Assembly: GCA_963795085.1 (NCBI GenBank)
Contig: CAWCFX010000004.1
Location: 713,072 to 777,071 of the forward strand
Reading direction: 5' to 3'
DNA: 64,000 nucleotides
Source of the DNA: an uncultured Gemmatimonadales bacterium
Lineage (GTDB): Bacteria > Gemmatimonadota > Gemmatimonadetes > Gemmatimonadales > GWC2-71-9
The notes beneath the pieces are model-generated. The model was not told where the DNA came from and searched no databases. It was given only the letters and a program-made list of their open reading frames with translations. Numbering within the stretch: position 1 is the first letter of the stretch; each line of letters opens with the position of its first letter. Below, one piece after another: positions 19,239 to 28,679 of the stretch. The translations under genes and the position numbers were made by a program.

Positions 19239-19970
19239 CTACATCCCTTCGAACATGTTTCCGCCTCGGCCGAAACCGCCGCCCATCGCCTGGTTGAGCA
19301 TCGCGCGATAGATGATCTTGGTGAGCCAGGCCGTGGCGACCAGCATGATGGGAATCGCCAGGGTGGCGGCGCGCTCGGAGATCTTGTAGATCCGGGTAAT
19401 CCCGGCGAAGAGCATCAGGATGGTGAGCGTGCTGGCGAACATCGCCAGGAAGTAGATGATCTCGAAGTTCCCCATGCCGAGCAGGCTGGCGATGAGCAGG
19501 AGGAAGCCGAACGGCAGCAGGGAGGCCCCGGCCAGGAAGCTGTCACTGCCCAGGGCGCCTTCTCCCCGGAAGATGCTGCGGACCGCCAGGGCAGAAACCA
19601 TCAACGCGATGAAGGGCACCACCGCGACCAGCACGATCATGAAGAAGCCGCCGGCGCCGTCGGGCCGGAACGGCACCATGCGGTACACGCCGAGAATGAC
19701 GCACACCGCGAAGACGGCGCCGAAGGTCAGTCCGACCCCCAGTGCCCTGGATGCTCCCAGCGCGTGATAGGCATCGGCCAGCCCGCCCACCGGATTCCCC
19801 ACGAAGGTCTTGAAGGCCCCCAGGGCATCGCTCGAGGCTGCCTTCATTTTCTGGCCTGCCATGGCCGCAGCGGCGCCGCCGCCAGGTGCTCCGGCGGCGA
19901 AGGAGGTGCCACAGCTGGAACAGGCGACGGAGCCGTCGGGCAGTTGCGTCCCGCATTTGGGGCAGAACAT
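19239..19970 (-). CDS. Zinc-ribbon membrane protein (about 5 TM, Yip1-like topology)
   Basis: N-terminal CPKCG...CSSCG followed by several hydrophobic helices. Confidence 0.75.
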   Translation of the reverse strand: MFCPKCGTQLPDGSVACSSCGTSFAAGAPGGGAAAAMAGQKMKAASSDALGAFKTFVGNPVGGLADAYHALGASRALGVGLTFGAVFAVCVILGVYRMVPFRPDGAGGFFMIVLVAVVPFIALMVSALAVRSIFRGEGALGSDSFLAGASLLPFGFLLLIASLLGMGNFEIIYFLAMFASTLTILMLFAGITRIYKISERAATLAIPIMLVATAWLTKIIYRAMLNQAMGGGFGRGGNMFEGM

Positions 19971-20168
19971 GGATGAACCTCGCTCAGGAGAGGCTGGGAA
20001 GGAAAACGACCTGCTATGCCGAGCGCGGAGAGGCTCCGCGCGAGGGGCCTGAGCTGGAAGCCCCGCTATGATACACCTTTTGGGTCCGGACGCCAGAGAG
20101 AGCCGGGCGGAAGGGCGGGGCGGGATGGCGGACCATGCCAGGTACTCCGCTGCCGGTCTGCGCCCCCG

Positions 20169-21335
20169 TCACATTCGGTACCGCTCCACCCGCTGGAACC
20201 CGTCCTCGTCCACCGCGAGGAGATACACCGCCGCCCGGCCCACCGCAAGCAACCTCCGCCCGGCGGGCAGCCGGACGCTCCGGATGCGCGACCCGGTGTG
20301 GTCGAAGACGTCCCACTCGCTTGCCGCCCCGAATGGAACCGATCGCTCGACCCACAGCCGGCCGTCGGGTGCCAGGATCGGCGCGGCATCGGTGATCGGC
20401 GCCTTCATGGTGCCGAACTTGTTCTGCTCGACCATCCTCGTCACCTCGGCCTCGGAGCGCATGTCCGCGGGCAGGTTGCTCTCCCCGCTGGGCGCCGAGC
20501 CGGGCCCCCCGCGCCCCCCGATGGTGGCGGCTTCGAGGAAGCGGCGCACGTAGGCCACCTTGTCGGGACGGGTGACCGGCAGGCTCGGGGTGCGCACCGG
20601 CGCTCCGGTGATCGCGGGTCGCCCGGACTCGTCCCACCATTCCACGTGATAATCGTTGCTGCGCACCAGGACCAGGCGTCCCTCGCGGGTCACGCTCCAG
20701 CCGTCCTCGGGGGTAAAGGGAATGTAGGGCAGCCCGAACTTGCGGGGCCCCGGATCGGCGGCCTGCACGACCCAGGTGAGGACCTGGCCGCGTGCGGCCC
20801 CCTCGCGGGGATCCACCCGCACCACCGGCACCGAGTCGCCCCGGCGGCCATAGCTCTCCGATGCCCAGCGCGGAATCTGCAGATACATCCGGCCGCGCTG
20901 GTCCACGGCGCGGGGCGCCAGGGTGGTCGGTACCCCGGGAAGGCCGAGGGTGAAACTGCGCGCGATCCGAAGATCGGGCCCGATGATGGCGAGCCGGTTG
21001 TTGCCTCCATCGTTGAGCAGGATCGAGTCCCCGGTCCACGGGATGAGTCGCCCGGGCAGGCGGTATTCTCCGGGGCCGGAACCCTTGCCCCCGATGGGGG
21101 TGGTGTTGCCCGCCGTGAAGTCAACTACGACCAGCCGTTCCTCGCCGCGGTCGCTGACCAAAGCGCGTCCGTCGCGAAGTTCGAGAAAGCCGGCAACCTG
21201 GGTGAACTCGGCCGGCAGTACCCGGTCCGGCCGAGCCAGGGTCGTGAGCGGCGGATCACCCCGCTGAGCCAGGGCGGGGAGGAGGGCCAGGGACAGGAGA
21301 CCGGCCACGAGGAGAGCGGATGACGTGAGGCGCAC
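20169..21335 (-). CDS. Secreted 6-bladed beta-propeller-type protein
   Basis: Signal peptide; IGGKGSGPGEYRLP, DGRLWVER, WDVFD..G and DEDGFQRVERY patterns; GTG start inferred. Confidence 0.75.
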   Translation of the reverse strand: MRLTSSALLVAGLLSLALLPALAQRGDPPLTTLARPDRVLPAEFTQVAGFLELRDGRALVSDRGEERLVVVDFTAGNTTPIGGKGSGPGEYRLPGRLIPWTGDSILLNDGGNNRLAIIGPDLRIARSFTLGLPGVPTTLAPRAVDQRGRMYLQIPRWASESYGRRGDSVPVVRVDPREGAARGQVLTWVVQAADPGPRKFGLPYIPFTPEDGWSVTREGRLVLVRSNDYHVEWWDESGRPAITGAPVRTPSLPVTRPDKVAYVRRFLEAATIGGRGGPGSAPSGESNLPADMRSEAEVTRMVEQNKFGTMKAPITDAAPILAPDGRLWVERSVPFGAASEWDVFDHTGSRIRSVRLPAGRRLLAVGRAAVYLLAVDEDGFQRVERYRM

Positions 21336-21531
21336 GGTTATGCCCAAGTGGGAGATGCCGGGTGGATGTGCCGATCGTGCAAAGCGTCGCATGGGACAAG
21401 GCCGGTACCGGCTGGCCTCCTTCCCTGGTGCCATGGGCTGATTCCGGGTGCGGGCGCTGGCCCGACGCCCCCGCGCTGCCCTACATTCATGGTTCCGCCA
21501 CGATGTTCAACGCTTTTGCCCGGAGGGTCCC

Positions 21532-21966
21532 ATGCGAATGCTCGCCCTTGCGCTGGCCGCCGCCGTTCTGCCCCTCGCGCGGACCGCCGAGGCCCAGGTC
21601 GTCCTGCCGGCGACGACCCACTGGGACATCGAATGGCGGAATCCCGAAGGGCACTTCTACACCGCCGACCTCCTGCTGCAGACAACCGGGAACAAGGTCG
21701 AAGGCGCTTTCACCTGGACTCTCCGCGCGTCGCCCCGGGCGGAGGAGCAGGGCAAGATCGGGCTCACCGGAGTGGAGCGTTTCCAGGGGATATATGATGT
21801 TCATTCCGGCACGCTGATCTTCGACGGACTCACCCTGGAGGATCCCAACACCATCCTCGGCCTGGACCAGTACCGGTTGCTGGTAAGCCCCGGGGCCCGG
21901 CGGATCCTGGGCATGACCTCGCACGGTGGCGCCTGGACGGGGGAGCTGAAGGGAGAGCGGAGGTAG
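21532..21966 (+). CDS. Secreted hypothetical protein, family A copy 1 (144 aa)
   Basis: GGAGG upstream; signal peptide ending AEA; paralogue of 28680-29111. Confidence 0.85.
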   Translation: MRMLALALAAAVLPLARTAEAQVVLPATTHWDIEWRNPEGHFYTADLLLQTTGNKVEGAFTWTLRASPRAEEQGKIGLTGVERFQGIYDVHSGTLIFDGLTLEDPNTILGLDQYRLLVSPGARRILGMTSHGGAWTGELKGERR

Positions 21967-22014
21967 ATCCCGAAACCGCATCCCTCGCAGGCCGTATGAA
22001 GTCTCCAGCGACGC

Positions 22015-22345
22015 AACCAGCCCGGCACTCAACACGTGGACCAGGCGGTGCCCCAAATGGGCTATGTCTCCGGCGCGTCGGACCTGCTGCCGGCGGCCGT
22101 GGGATTCAAGGCAGGGGATGTCTACATCGCGCGTCTGGCACCGGACATGGAGACCGCCGAGGACCGGATCTTCTCGGTAATCGGGAAGGAAGGATGATGG
22201 TCGGGGGGGCCGAGTGGGAAGCCTGGCGGGTGGAAGAGCGGTGAGTCCGATCGCTCCATGGTGGCGATCTGGCCTGACCGATGTCTCGCCCTACATGGTA
22301 GCGGGCGATTCCTACCTGGCCCCGAGCAGATCAACAAGATGAGGC
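22015..22345 (+). pseudogene. Decayed 3' half of a paralogue of the 24670-25422 gene (family B)
   Basis: Aligns by eye to about 25069-25405 (QHVDQAVP..G..SDLLPAAVGFKAGDVYIA, RIFSVIGKE, WRVEER, TDVSPYMVAG) with several indels; 5' half missing. Confidence 0.85.
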
Positions 22346-22460
22346 AGGACAGCAGGACGGTAGGGCGGTATGAGTGGGCGGCGAGCGATCGCCGCTCACT
22401 TTTCATTCCTGATTGTCGTTTCGTGATGGCGCGGTCCGTCCAGGCTCAGGTGAAAGGTTC

Positions 22461-24434
22461 ATGCGAAGATTCCGGCTTCCCCTCCTGCTTTTGCTGGCGG
22501 TCCCATCGTGCCGGGCGTCCGGTCCTCCAGGGCAGGAGGTCGAGTTCTTTCTCCGCGGCCGGGCTGTCGGCGCCGAGCGGGTGGTCTACCGGAACCCGGC
22601 GGGGGACTCGCTGGAGGTGGAAACGAACCTCAAGGCTGGATCGGGGATTGCGCTGAGCACCAGCATGAAGCTGGACCCGGCTGGCCGGATCGTCGTCGCC
22701 GCCGCGTCGGGCCAGGCTTGGCCCTGGCTGGAGGTAACGCCGGAGCGGGCAGGCCCTTTCCCGCTCTATCGTCTGACCGACGGGGTCCGGCGCTTTGCCG
22801 CGGGAGACAGCGTCGGCCGTGGGGAAACGATCCAGCGATGCGAGGATCCGGATCGAGGCGCGCCGGCTCGCAGCGAGGATCTCGCCGGCGAGTGTTTCAG
22901 CGTTCGCGAGGCCACCTGGGGCCAGGTGCTGGTCTGGATCGACGATGACCGGCTGGTCGCCGCGGCCATCCCCACGGCGTTCGGCCTGGTCATCGCGCTT
23001 CCCGCGGGCCACGCACCACGGCTGGCGACGGTGCTCGCTGCGGCCGCGCGGCAGGGAACGGCGGCGCCTGGTAATCTCCCGGATCTTCCGGCCGAGCCGC
23101 TGCTCGTTCGCGACGTCAGGGTCATCGTGGGTGACGGCACCCCTCCGCGTGAACAACAGGACGTCTATATCGAAGATGGCCGGATCAGGGCGCTGGGCCC
23201 GGCCGGTTCGTTGGGTGACCTGCCGGCCGGGGTCGCGACCCTCGACGGCACGGGCCGAACACTCCTGCCCGGCTTGTGGGACATGCATGCCCACCTGAAG
23301 CAGGTGGAATGGCTCCCGGCCTATCTCGCCGCCGGAGTCACCACCGTTCGCGACCTGGGCAACGACCAGCCATATCTCCTCGGCCTCAGAGCAAGCGTGA
23401 CCGCGCGACCCTGGATCGGGCCGGCGATCCTGGCCGCCGGCTGGATCGATGGTCCCGGCACCTCGCACCCGGCCACCGACACCGCGGGAACTCCCGCGGA
23501 AGCTCGCCGGCTGGTCCGCCGGTATCACGCGGCGGGATACCAGCAGGTCAAGGTGTGGAATTACCTCTCTCCCCGACTGCTCCCCGAAGTGACCGACGAG
23601 GCTCACCGGCTCGGCATGACGGTGACCGGGCACGTCCCGTCCGGCATGACGCTCCGTGACGCCGTCACCGATGGCCTGGACCAGGTCAATCACGTCACGT
23701 TCGTGGACCAGGACGACGTCGAGACTTTGGCACGGGCTGGAACGGTGGTGGACCCGACCCTGGTGGTTCCGGCCTACGGCGCCAGGTACCGGGGCGAGCC
23801 CATGGCGGCGTTCGAGCCCTGCGCGGCCAGGATGCCGGCCGAGGTGGTCGAGGTCTGGGAGCGGCTGGGGGCCGAAGCCCGGGACACCGCGGCGGCGACG
23901 CGTCAGCTGGAGAATGCGAAAGCCACCGTGCTCCGCCTGCACCGGGCGGGTGTTTCGCTGGTGGCGGGGAGCGACCAGGGGTTACCCGGCTGCACGCTGC
24001 TCAAGGAGCTGGAGCTGTACGTGGCCGCCGGCCTGACTCCGCTCGAGGCGATCGCCACCGCCACCGCCATCCCGGCCCGGGTGAGCGGGCTCGAGCAGGA
24101 AGTGGGCACCGTGTCCCCCGGCAAGCGAGCCGACCTCCTGCTGGTGGAGGGGAATCCGGCGGAGAACATCAACGACTTGAGGAGAGCGGTCAGCGTGATC
24201 CGGGCCGGCCGGCGACTGGACCCGGAGGCCCAGTGGTGCGCGGCGTTTTGCGGTGCGGAGAGGCGTCAAGTCAGCCAGCCGGTCGCCGGAGGGGGAAGAC
24301 CGGCATGGCCCCGGGGCGCTCGTCGGGGTACGTGGAGCCGTCCGCACATGGCCGGAAGTCGGGGCCACGATTTTCCAGCCTTCACCGGGGAGCTTCTCAT
24401 ACGAATGCCCAGTCTCGCGCTTTGCTGCAGGTGA
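22461..24434 (+). CDS. Secreted/lipoprotein metal-dependent amidohydrolase
   Basis: LLPGLWDMHAH, GVTTVRDLG, VTGHV, VNH, AGSD, GKRADLLLVEGNP; the last about 60 aa look like read-through. Confidence 0.85.
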   Translation: MRRFRLPLLLLLAVPSCRASGPPGQEVEFFLRGRAVGAERVVYRNPAGDSLEVETNLKAGSGIALSTSMKLDPAGRIVVAAASGQAWPWLEVTPERAGPFPLYRLTDGVRRFAAGDSVGRGETIQRCEDPDRGAPARSEDLAGECFSVREATWGQVLVWIDDDRLVAAAIPTAFGLVIALPAGHAPRLATVLAAAARQGTAAPGNLPDLPAEPLLVRDVRVIVGDGTPPREQQDVYIEDGRIRALGPAGSLGDLPAGVATLDGTGRTLLPGLWDMHAHLKQVEWLPAYLAAGVTTVRDLGNDQPYLLGLRASVTARPWIGPAILAAGWIDGPGTSHPATDTAGTPAEARRLVRRYHAAGYQQVKVWNYLSPRLLPEVTDEAHRLGMTVTGHVPSGMTLRDAVTDGLDQVNHVTFVDQDDVETLARAGTVVDPTLVVPAYGARYRGEPMAAFEPCAARMPAEVVEVWERLGAEARDTAAATRQLENAKATVLRLHRAGVSLVAGSDQGLPGCTLLKELELYVAAGLTPLEAIATATAIPARVSGLEQEVGTVSPGKRADLLLVEGNPAENINDLRRAVSVIRAGRRLDPEAQWCAAFCGAERRQVSQPVAGGGRPAWPRGARRGTWSRPHMAGSRGHDFPAFTGELLIRMPSLALCCR

Positions 24435-24578
24435 CCGGGAGCAAGGCGGAGGCGCGTTCACCTGGATGACCCTCCGCCTTCCCCCCCACGGCTGGTGAGC
24501 CCCGGGGCCCGGCGGATCCTGGGCATGACCTCGCACGGTGGCGCCTGGATGGGGGAGCTGAAGGGAGAGCGGAGGTAG
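24399..24578 (+). pseudogene. Internally deleted remnant of family A (copy 2)
   Basis: Start mutated ATG>ATA (IRMPSLAL vs MRILSLAL); 24491-24591 matches 21879-21979 at 99 of 101 bases. Confidence 0.9.
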
Positions 24579-24669
24579 ATCCCGAAACCGCTCCCGCCCG
24601 GTTCCGTATGGAGACCCCAGCGACCGTTTCCCCATTTCGTTGCCTTTCGAGACCTTCCGGAGGTTCGCC

Positions 24670-25422
24670 ATGCCCTTCGCTCCCCTCCTTCTCCTGTGCC
24701 TTGCGGCTCCCGCGCCGGGCGGACACGCGGCGGACACGACGCGCATCGAAATCGGGTCTCGGCTGGTCAACGGCAGCGTTTACAAGCCGCACCGCGCCCG
24801 GGTGCGCGTGCACCTCAACTCGCTCGACACCCCGCCCACCAATGAATGGACCAACGAGCTCACCATCGGCGACTCGGCCGGCCGCAAGGTCATGCGCTGG
24901 GTGACGCTGGGGCAGTTCGACTCCACCCGGACGGCGGGCTTCGAGCTGCGGCAGACCTACGACCTGGTCACCCTGGCGCCGATGGGCTACAACCTGAAGA
25001 CCCGGACCGGCACCGCGATCTCCCTGGCCATCTCCGGAAACCGCATGCGCGGCACCCGAAAGCTGGCCAACCAGGCCGACACCCAGCACGTGGACCAGGC
25101 CGTCCCCCGGCTGGGGTTCTTCGCCGGGGCCTCCGACCTGCTCCCGGCGGCCGTGGGGTTCAAGGCCGGGGACGTCTACATCGCGCCGGTCTGGAGCCCG
25201 ACGTCGGAGGCGGAAAACCGGATCTTCTCGGTCATTGGGAAGGAACGGATGATGGTGGAGGGGCAGGAATGGGAGGTCTGGCGGGTCGAGGAGCGAAAGG
25301 AGTCGGATCGCACACTGGCCGCCACCTGGTTCCTGACCGACGTCTCTCCCTACATGGTGGCGGGTGAAGCCTATCTCCCCAACGGCCAGGTCCAGAAGAT
25401 GACGGAGATCGCCCTTCCCTGA
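24670..25422 (+). CDS. Secreted hypothetical protein, family B (DUF3108-like beta-rich)
   Basis: GGAGG upstream, signal peptide, strong GC3 codon bias; domain assignment tentative. Confidence 0.75.
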   Translation: MPFAPLLLLCLAAPAPGGHAADTTRIEIGSRLVNGSVYKPHRARVRVHLNSLDTPPTNEWTNELTIGDSAGRKVMRWVTLGQFDSTRTAGFELRQTYDLVTLAPMGYNLKTRTGTAISLAISGNRMRGTRKLANQADTQHVDQAVPRLGFFAGASDLLPAAVGFKAGDVYIAPVWSPTSEAENRIFSVIGKERMMVEGQEWEVWRVEERKESDRTLAATWFLTDVSPYMVAGEAYLPNGQVQKMTEIALP

Positions 25423-25542
25423 AGAACAGCGGCGGCATAAACACGGCGGTAGAACAGCGGCGGTAGAAGAGCGGCGGTAGAACCCAGTTTTCCGCCCGTT
25501 TTCTACCGCCGCTCTTCTACCGCCCTTTTGTCTACCGCCCTT
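25423..25542. repeat. Head-to-head 14-mer array (AGAASAGCGGCGGT)n / complement, with a 24-bp perfect stem
   Basis: 25459-25482 GGCGGTAGAAGAGCGGCGGTAGAA is the exact reverse complement of 25501-25524. Confidence 0.95.
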
Positions 25543-25598
25543 ATTAGCCAGTTCTTGCGTTTTCCCGCCCCGGAGGCATCTTATCAGGCCCAGCCTAC

Positions 25599-25844
25599 AT
25601 GGAGGCCCTTGTGCATCGAGGCCAGATTGAAGCGCTCAAGCGGGCCGAGCGGGAAGCGGCGGAGCGGGTCCTGGAGGCATCGCGAGCGGAGCCGTTCGAC
25701 GCCACCCGGCATCGCTCGGCGGTGCTCGAATGGCAATCGGCGCGGATCGCGCTCCGGAGCGTCGGGATCGAGGTGAGCCGGAGCGAACCGGGTCCCGTCC
25801 GCCGAAGCCGGTCCGGCACGCCGCGGGAGGGCGCAGGCCGTTGA
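25599..25844 (+). CDS. Small hypothetical protein (81 aa)
   Basis: Helical-looking sequence; TGATG stop/start overlap with the next gene. Confidence 0.5.
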   Translation: MEALVHRGQIEALKRAEREAAERVLEASRAEPFDATRHRSAVLEWQSARIALRSVGIEVSRSEPGPVRRSRSGTPREGAGR

Positions 25845-26323
25845 TGAAGCGGATCCTCCAGTCACTGCTGATTGGTTTTTTCCTGTTGTCGCCGTGCTGG
25901 AGTTCCGCCGAGGCTCAGCTGGGGTCTCGACGCACCCTCACCCTCGACGCGGCCAAGACCATGGTCGCGGCGGCGGAGGAAGAGGCGCGGGCGAACGGCT
26001 GGAAGCTGGTGATCGTCGTGGTGGACGAATCGGGGAACCTGCTGCTACTCCACCGGATGGACGGGGTCCAGCTGGGGAGTCTCCAGATTGCCCAGGCCAA
26101 GGCGCGCACCGCGGCGCTCTACCGGCGCCCCACGAAGGATTTTGCCGACCGGGTGGCCGGCGGTAACCTGACGACCCTGGCGCTGCCGGAGGTGATGCCG
26201 CTGGAGGGGGGCCTGCCCATCGTGGTGGATGGCGAGGTCATCGGCGCCATGGCCGCCAGCGGCGCCACCGGGGCGCAGGACGCCCAGGCCGTCCAGAAGG
26301 GGATCGCCGCCCTCTCCCCGTGA
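25844..26323 (+). CDS. GlcG/HbpS-family heme-binding protein, secreted
   Basis: IVVVDESG.L...RMDG, IAQAKARTAA, GGLPIVVDGEVIGA..ASGA...QD. Confidence 0.9.
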   Translation: MKRILQSLLIGFFLLSPCWSSAEAQLGSRRTLTLDAAKTMVAAAEEEARANGWKLVIVVVDESGNLLLLHRMDGVQLGSLQIAQAKARTAALYRRPTKDFADRVAGGNLTTLALPEVMPLEGGLPIVVDGEVIGAMAASGATGAQDAQAVQKGIAALSP

Positions 26324-26442
26324 ATCCAACCTTCAAGTCCCTAAATCTCTGAATCACTAAATGACAAAGACCCTCTGCCCCACGCAGAAGGTCCTTTGCC
26401 ACCCACACAGTTTCCCATGACTGCACCATCTCCCTTCTCCGG

Positions 26443-27620
26443 ATGACACTCACTCAATGGCGGGCGGATACGCCCGCCACGGCCACCATCTGTCACCTCA
26501 ACAACGCCGGGGCCGGCCTGATGCCGGCGCCCGTCCTCCAGGCGATCACCGATCACCTTGCCCTCGAAGCCCGGGTCGGCGGGTACGAAGCGGCAGAAGG
26601 CCGGGCCGAAGCCCTCGAGCGGGCCTATGCCTCCCTCGGCCGGCTCCTCGGCGCCGATCCCCGTCACCTCGCGGTGGTAGAGAACGCCACGGTCGGCTTC
26701 TGGCAGGCGCTCGACGCGTTCGATCTCCAGCCTGGCGACCGGATTCTCACCACGGTGAACGAGTACGCCTCCTACCGGATCACCTGGCTTGCGCTGGCCC
26801 GGCGGATCGGCGTGGAGGTAGTGACCGCGCGGGAGCTGCCGGAGGGGGGCGCCGACCCCAATGACTGGCGCCGGCAGCTGGCGCATCCCCTGACCCGGTT
26901 CGCCACGATCTGCTGGTCCCCGACCAACTCGGGGATCCTTCAGGATGTTCCCCGCCTGGTCGCGCTGGCCCGGGAGGCCGGGGTTCCCTCGCACGTGGAC
27001 GCCTGCCAGGCGGTGGGCCAGGTTGCCATCGACTGCGCGGCGCTGGGCTGTGATTTCCTGAGCGGCACCGGCCGGAAGTTTCTCCGCGGTCCCCGCGGCA
27101 TCGGCTTCCTGTATGTCTCCGGTGAGGTCCTCGGTGCCGGGCGGTATCCCCGGCACCTCGACGGCCGCGGTGCCACCTGGACCGAGGCGCAGGAGTTCAC
27201 GCTCGACCCGACCGCCCGGCGGTTCGAGAACTGGGAGTTTCCCTATGCCCTGGTGCTGGGACTGGGGGCCGCCGCCGACTACGCCCTCGGCGTCGGCATG
27301 GAGAAGGCCAGCGGGCGGGCGCGCCGGCTGGCGGCCGAGGCCCGTCGCCGCCTGGCGGAGATTCCGGGAATCTCGGTGATGGACCGGGAGAGAGGCTCGG
27401 TGCCATCGTGAGCCTGGCGGCGGCAGGATGGGACGCCGGTGACCTGGTTATCTCGCTGCGACGCCAGGGGATCAACACCAGTGCCACCAGCCGCGACTGG
27501 GCGCTCCTCGACATGGACCGGAAAGGCGTCGGGAGTACTCTGCGGGTTTCCCCCCATTACTACAACACCGAAGAGGAGCTGGACCGGCTGGCGGGGGCAC
27601 TCGCGGCCCTGGCCAGGTGA
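26443..27620 (+). CDS. Class V aminotransferase / cysteine desulfurase-like, frameshifted near 27385
   Basis: HLNNAGAG, VDACQAVGQ, SGTGRKFLRGPRG; C-terminus LRVSPHYYNTEEE is in another frame; adding one G to CGGG restores DRGERLGAIVS. Confidence 0.85.
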
Positions 27621-27675
27621 CCGAAACCTCGCCGATCCGCGTGACGTACAGTCGCCACAATCAACGGGAGCCAGC

Positions 27676-28311
27676 ATGCGGACACGGTGGATGATCGCCC
27701 TCGCGGGGGCGGCAATCGCGGGTGTTCCTGCCGCCGCCAGCGGGCAGAGTCGCCATGGCGATCGGCCGGTGATGGACCGGGTCACCGAGATCGCGCTGGC
27801 CCGGAGCGCGGCCCCGGCGGCGGTGAGCGAGAAGGCCCGGATCTGGGTCTGGACCGGGCAGCGGTATGCGGTGGCTGATTCGGGAACCAGCTCGGTTCAG
27901 TGCTTCCTGGCCCGCCTCTGGGTTCCTTCGGTCGAGCCGCACTGCTTCGACGAAGAAGGAGCCGCCACCATCCTCCCGGTCCTGATGCGCCGGGTGGAGC
28001 TCTATGCCCAGGGCCGGCCCGACTCGCTGGTCGAGCGGGAGATCGCCCGGGGATTGGCCGGAGGGACGTTTCGCCTTCCCCGCCGCCCGGCGGTGACCTA
28101 CATGATGTCGGCCGAGCAGAAGCTGGTGAACGGGGAAGGAGTCGCGGTCGGCCCGTGGCAGCCCCACCTCATGATCTACTATCCCAACCTGACCGGGGCC
28201 CAGACCGGCCTCGCCGGCTTTGTACCCGGCGTCGGGTTCGTGGAGAATCCCGGGCAACCGATGTCCGCCCTGGTCGTTCCTCTCACTTCGTTCGTCGCGG
28301 TCGCGCAATAG
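27676..28311 (+). CDS. Secreted hypothetical protein
   Basis: Signal peptide; EIALARSAAP, PHCFD..GA, YMMSAEQ, WQPHLMIYYP; GC3 bias. Confidence 0.75.
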   Translation: MRTRWMIALAGAAIAGVPAAASGQSRHGDRPVMDRVTEIALARSAAPAAVSEKARIWVWTGQRYAVADSGTSSVQCFLARLWVPSVEPHCFDEEGAATILPVLMRRVELYAQGRPDSLVEREIARGLAGGTFRLPRRPAVTYMMSAEQKLVNGEGVAVGPWQPHLMIYYPNLTGAQTGLAGFVPGVGFVENPGQPMSALVVPLTSFVAVAQ

Positions 28312-28530
28312 CTGCGCGCCCCGCTACGAGCTGCAGCAAACCTACGACACCGATCGTTCCAGGCTGGCCGTGCCATAGTGCCGGGAGAACACGACCTCGT
28401 GTCCCCCCGCCACGCTGACCGCCACGCCGGGGATTCCCCGCTCGGCCATGGCCTCGCGGACGATGGAATCCACCGCGGGATCCTGCGGAGAGGAGCCCGC
28501 GGAGAGCGAGCATGGGAGCAGTCCTGCAAT
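28312..28530 (-). pseudogene. N-terminal remnant of a serine hydrolase (beta-lactamase family)
   Basis: Translates DSIVREAMAERGIPGVAVSVAGGHEVVFSRHYGTASLE, the typical segment preceding SxxK, then breaks off. Confidence 0.65.
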
Positions 28531-28679
28531 GGTAGGTTGGAGGCAAGCTGGCCGGCCGTGCTGAGCGCGGAAGCCGTGCGCTTCCTCTGGCCCCGGGACG
28601 CTCGAACGGGGTATGTTGGAGTCGCCCTCCATCGGGCCGGAAGTCCCAGCCACGATTCTCAGCCTCCCGGGAGCTTCTC

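Noticed and set aside
27380..27410. Programmed ribosomal frameshift in the aminotransferase (and at 30905, 40100, 62118)
   Set aside because: No slippery heptamer or stimulatory structure; a single-base indel in a short homopolymer explains each case
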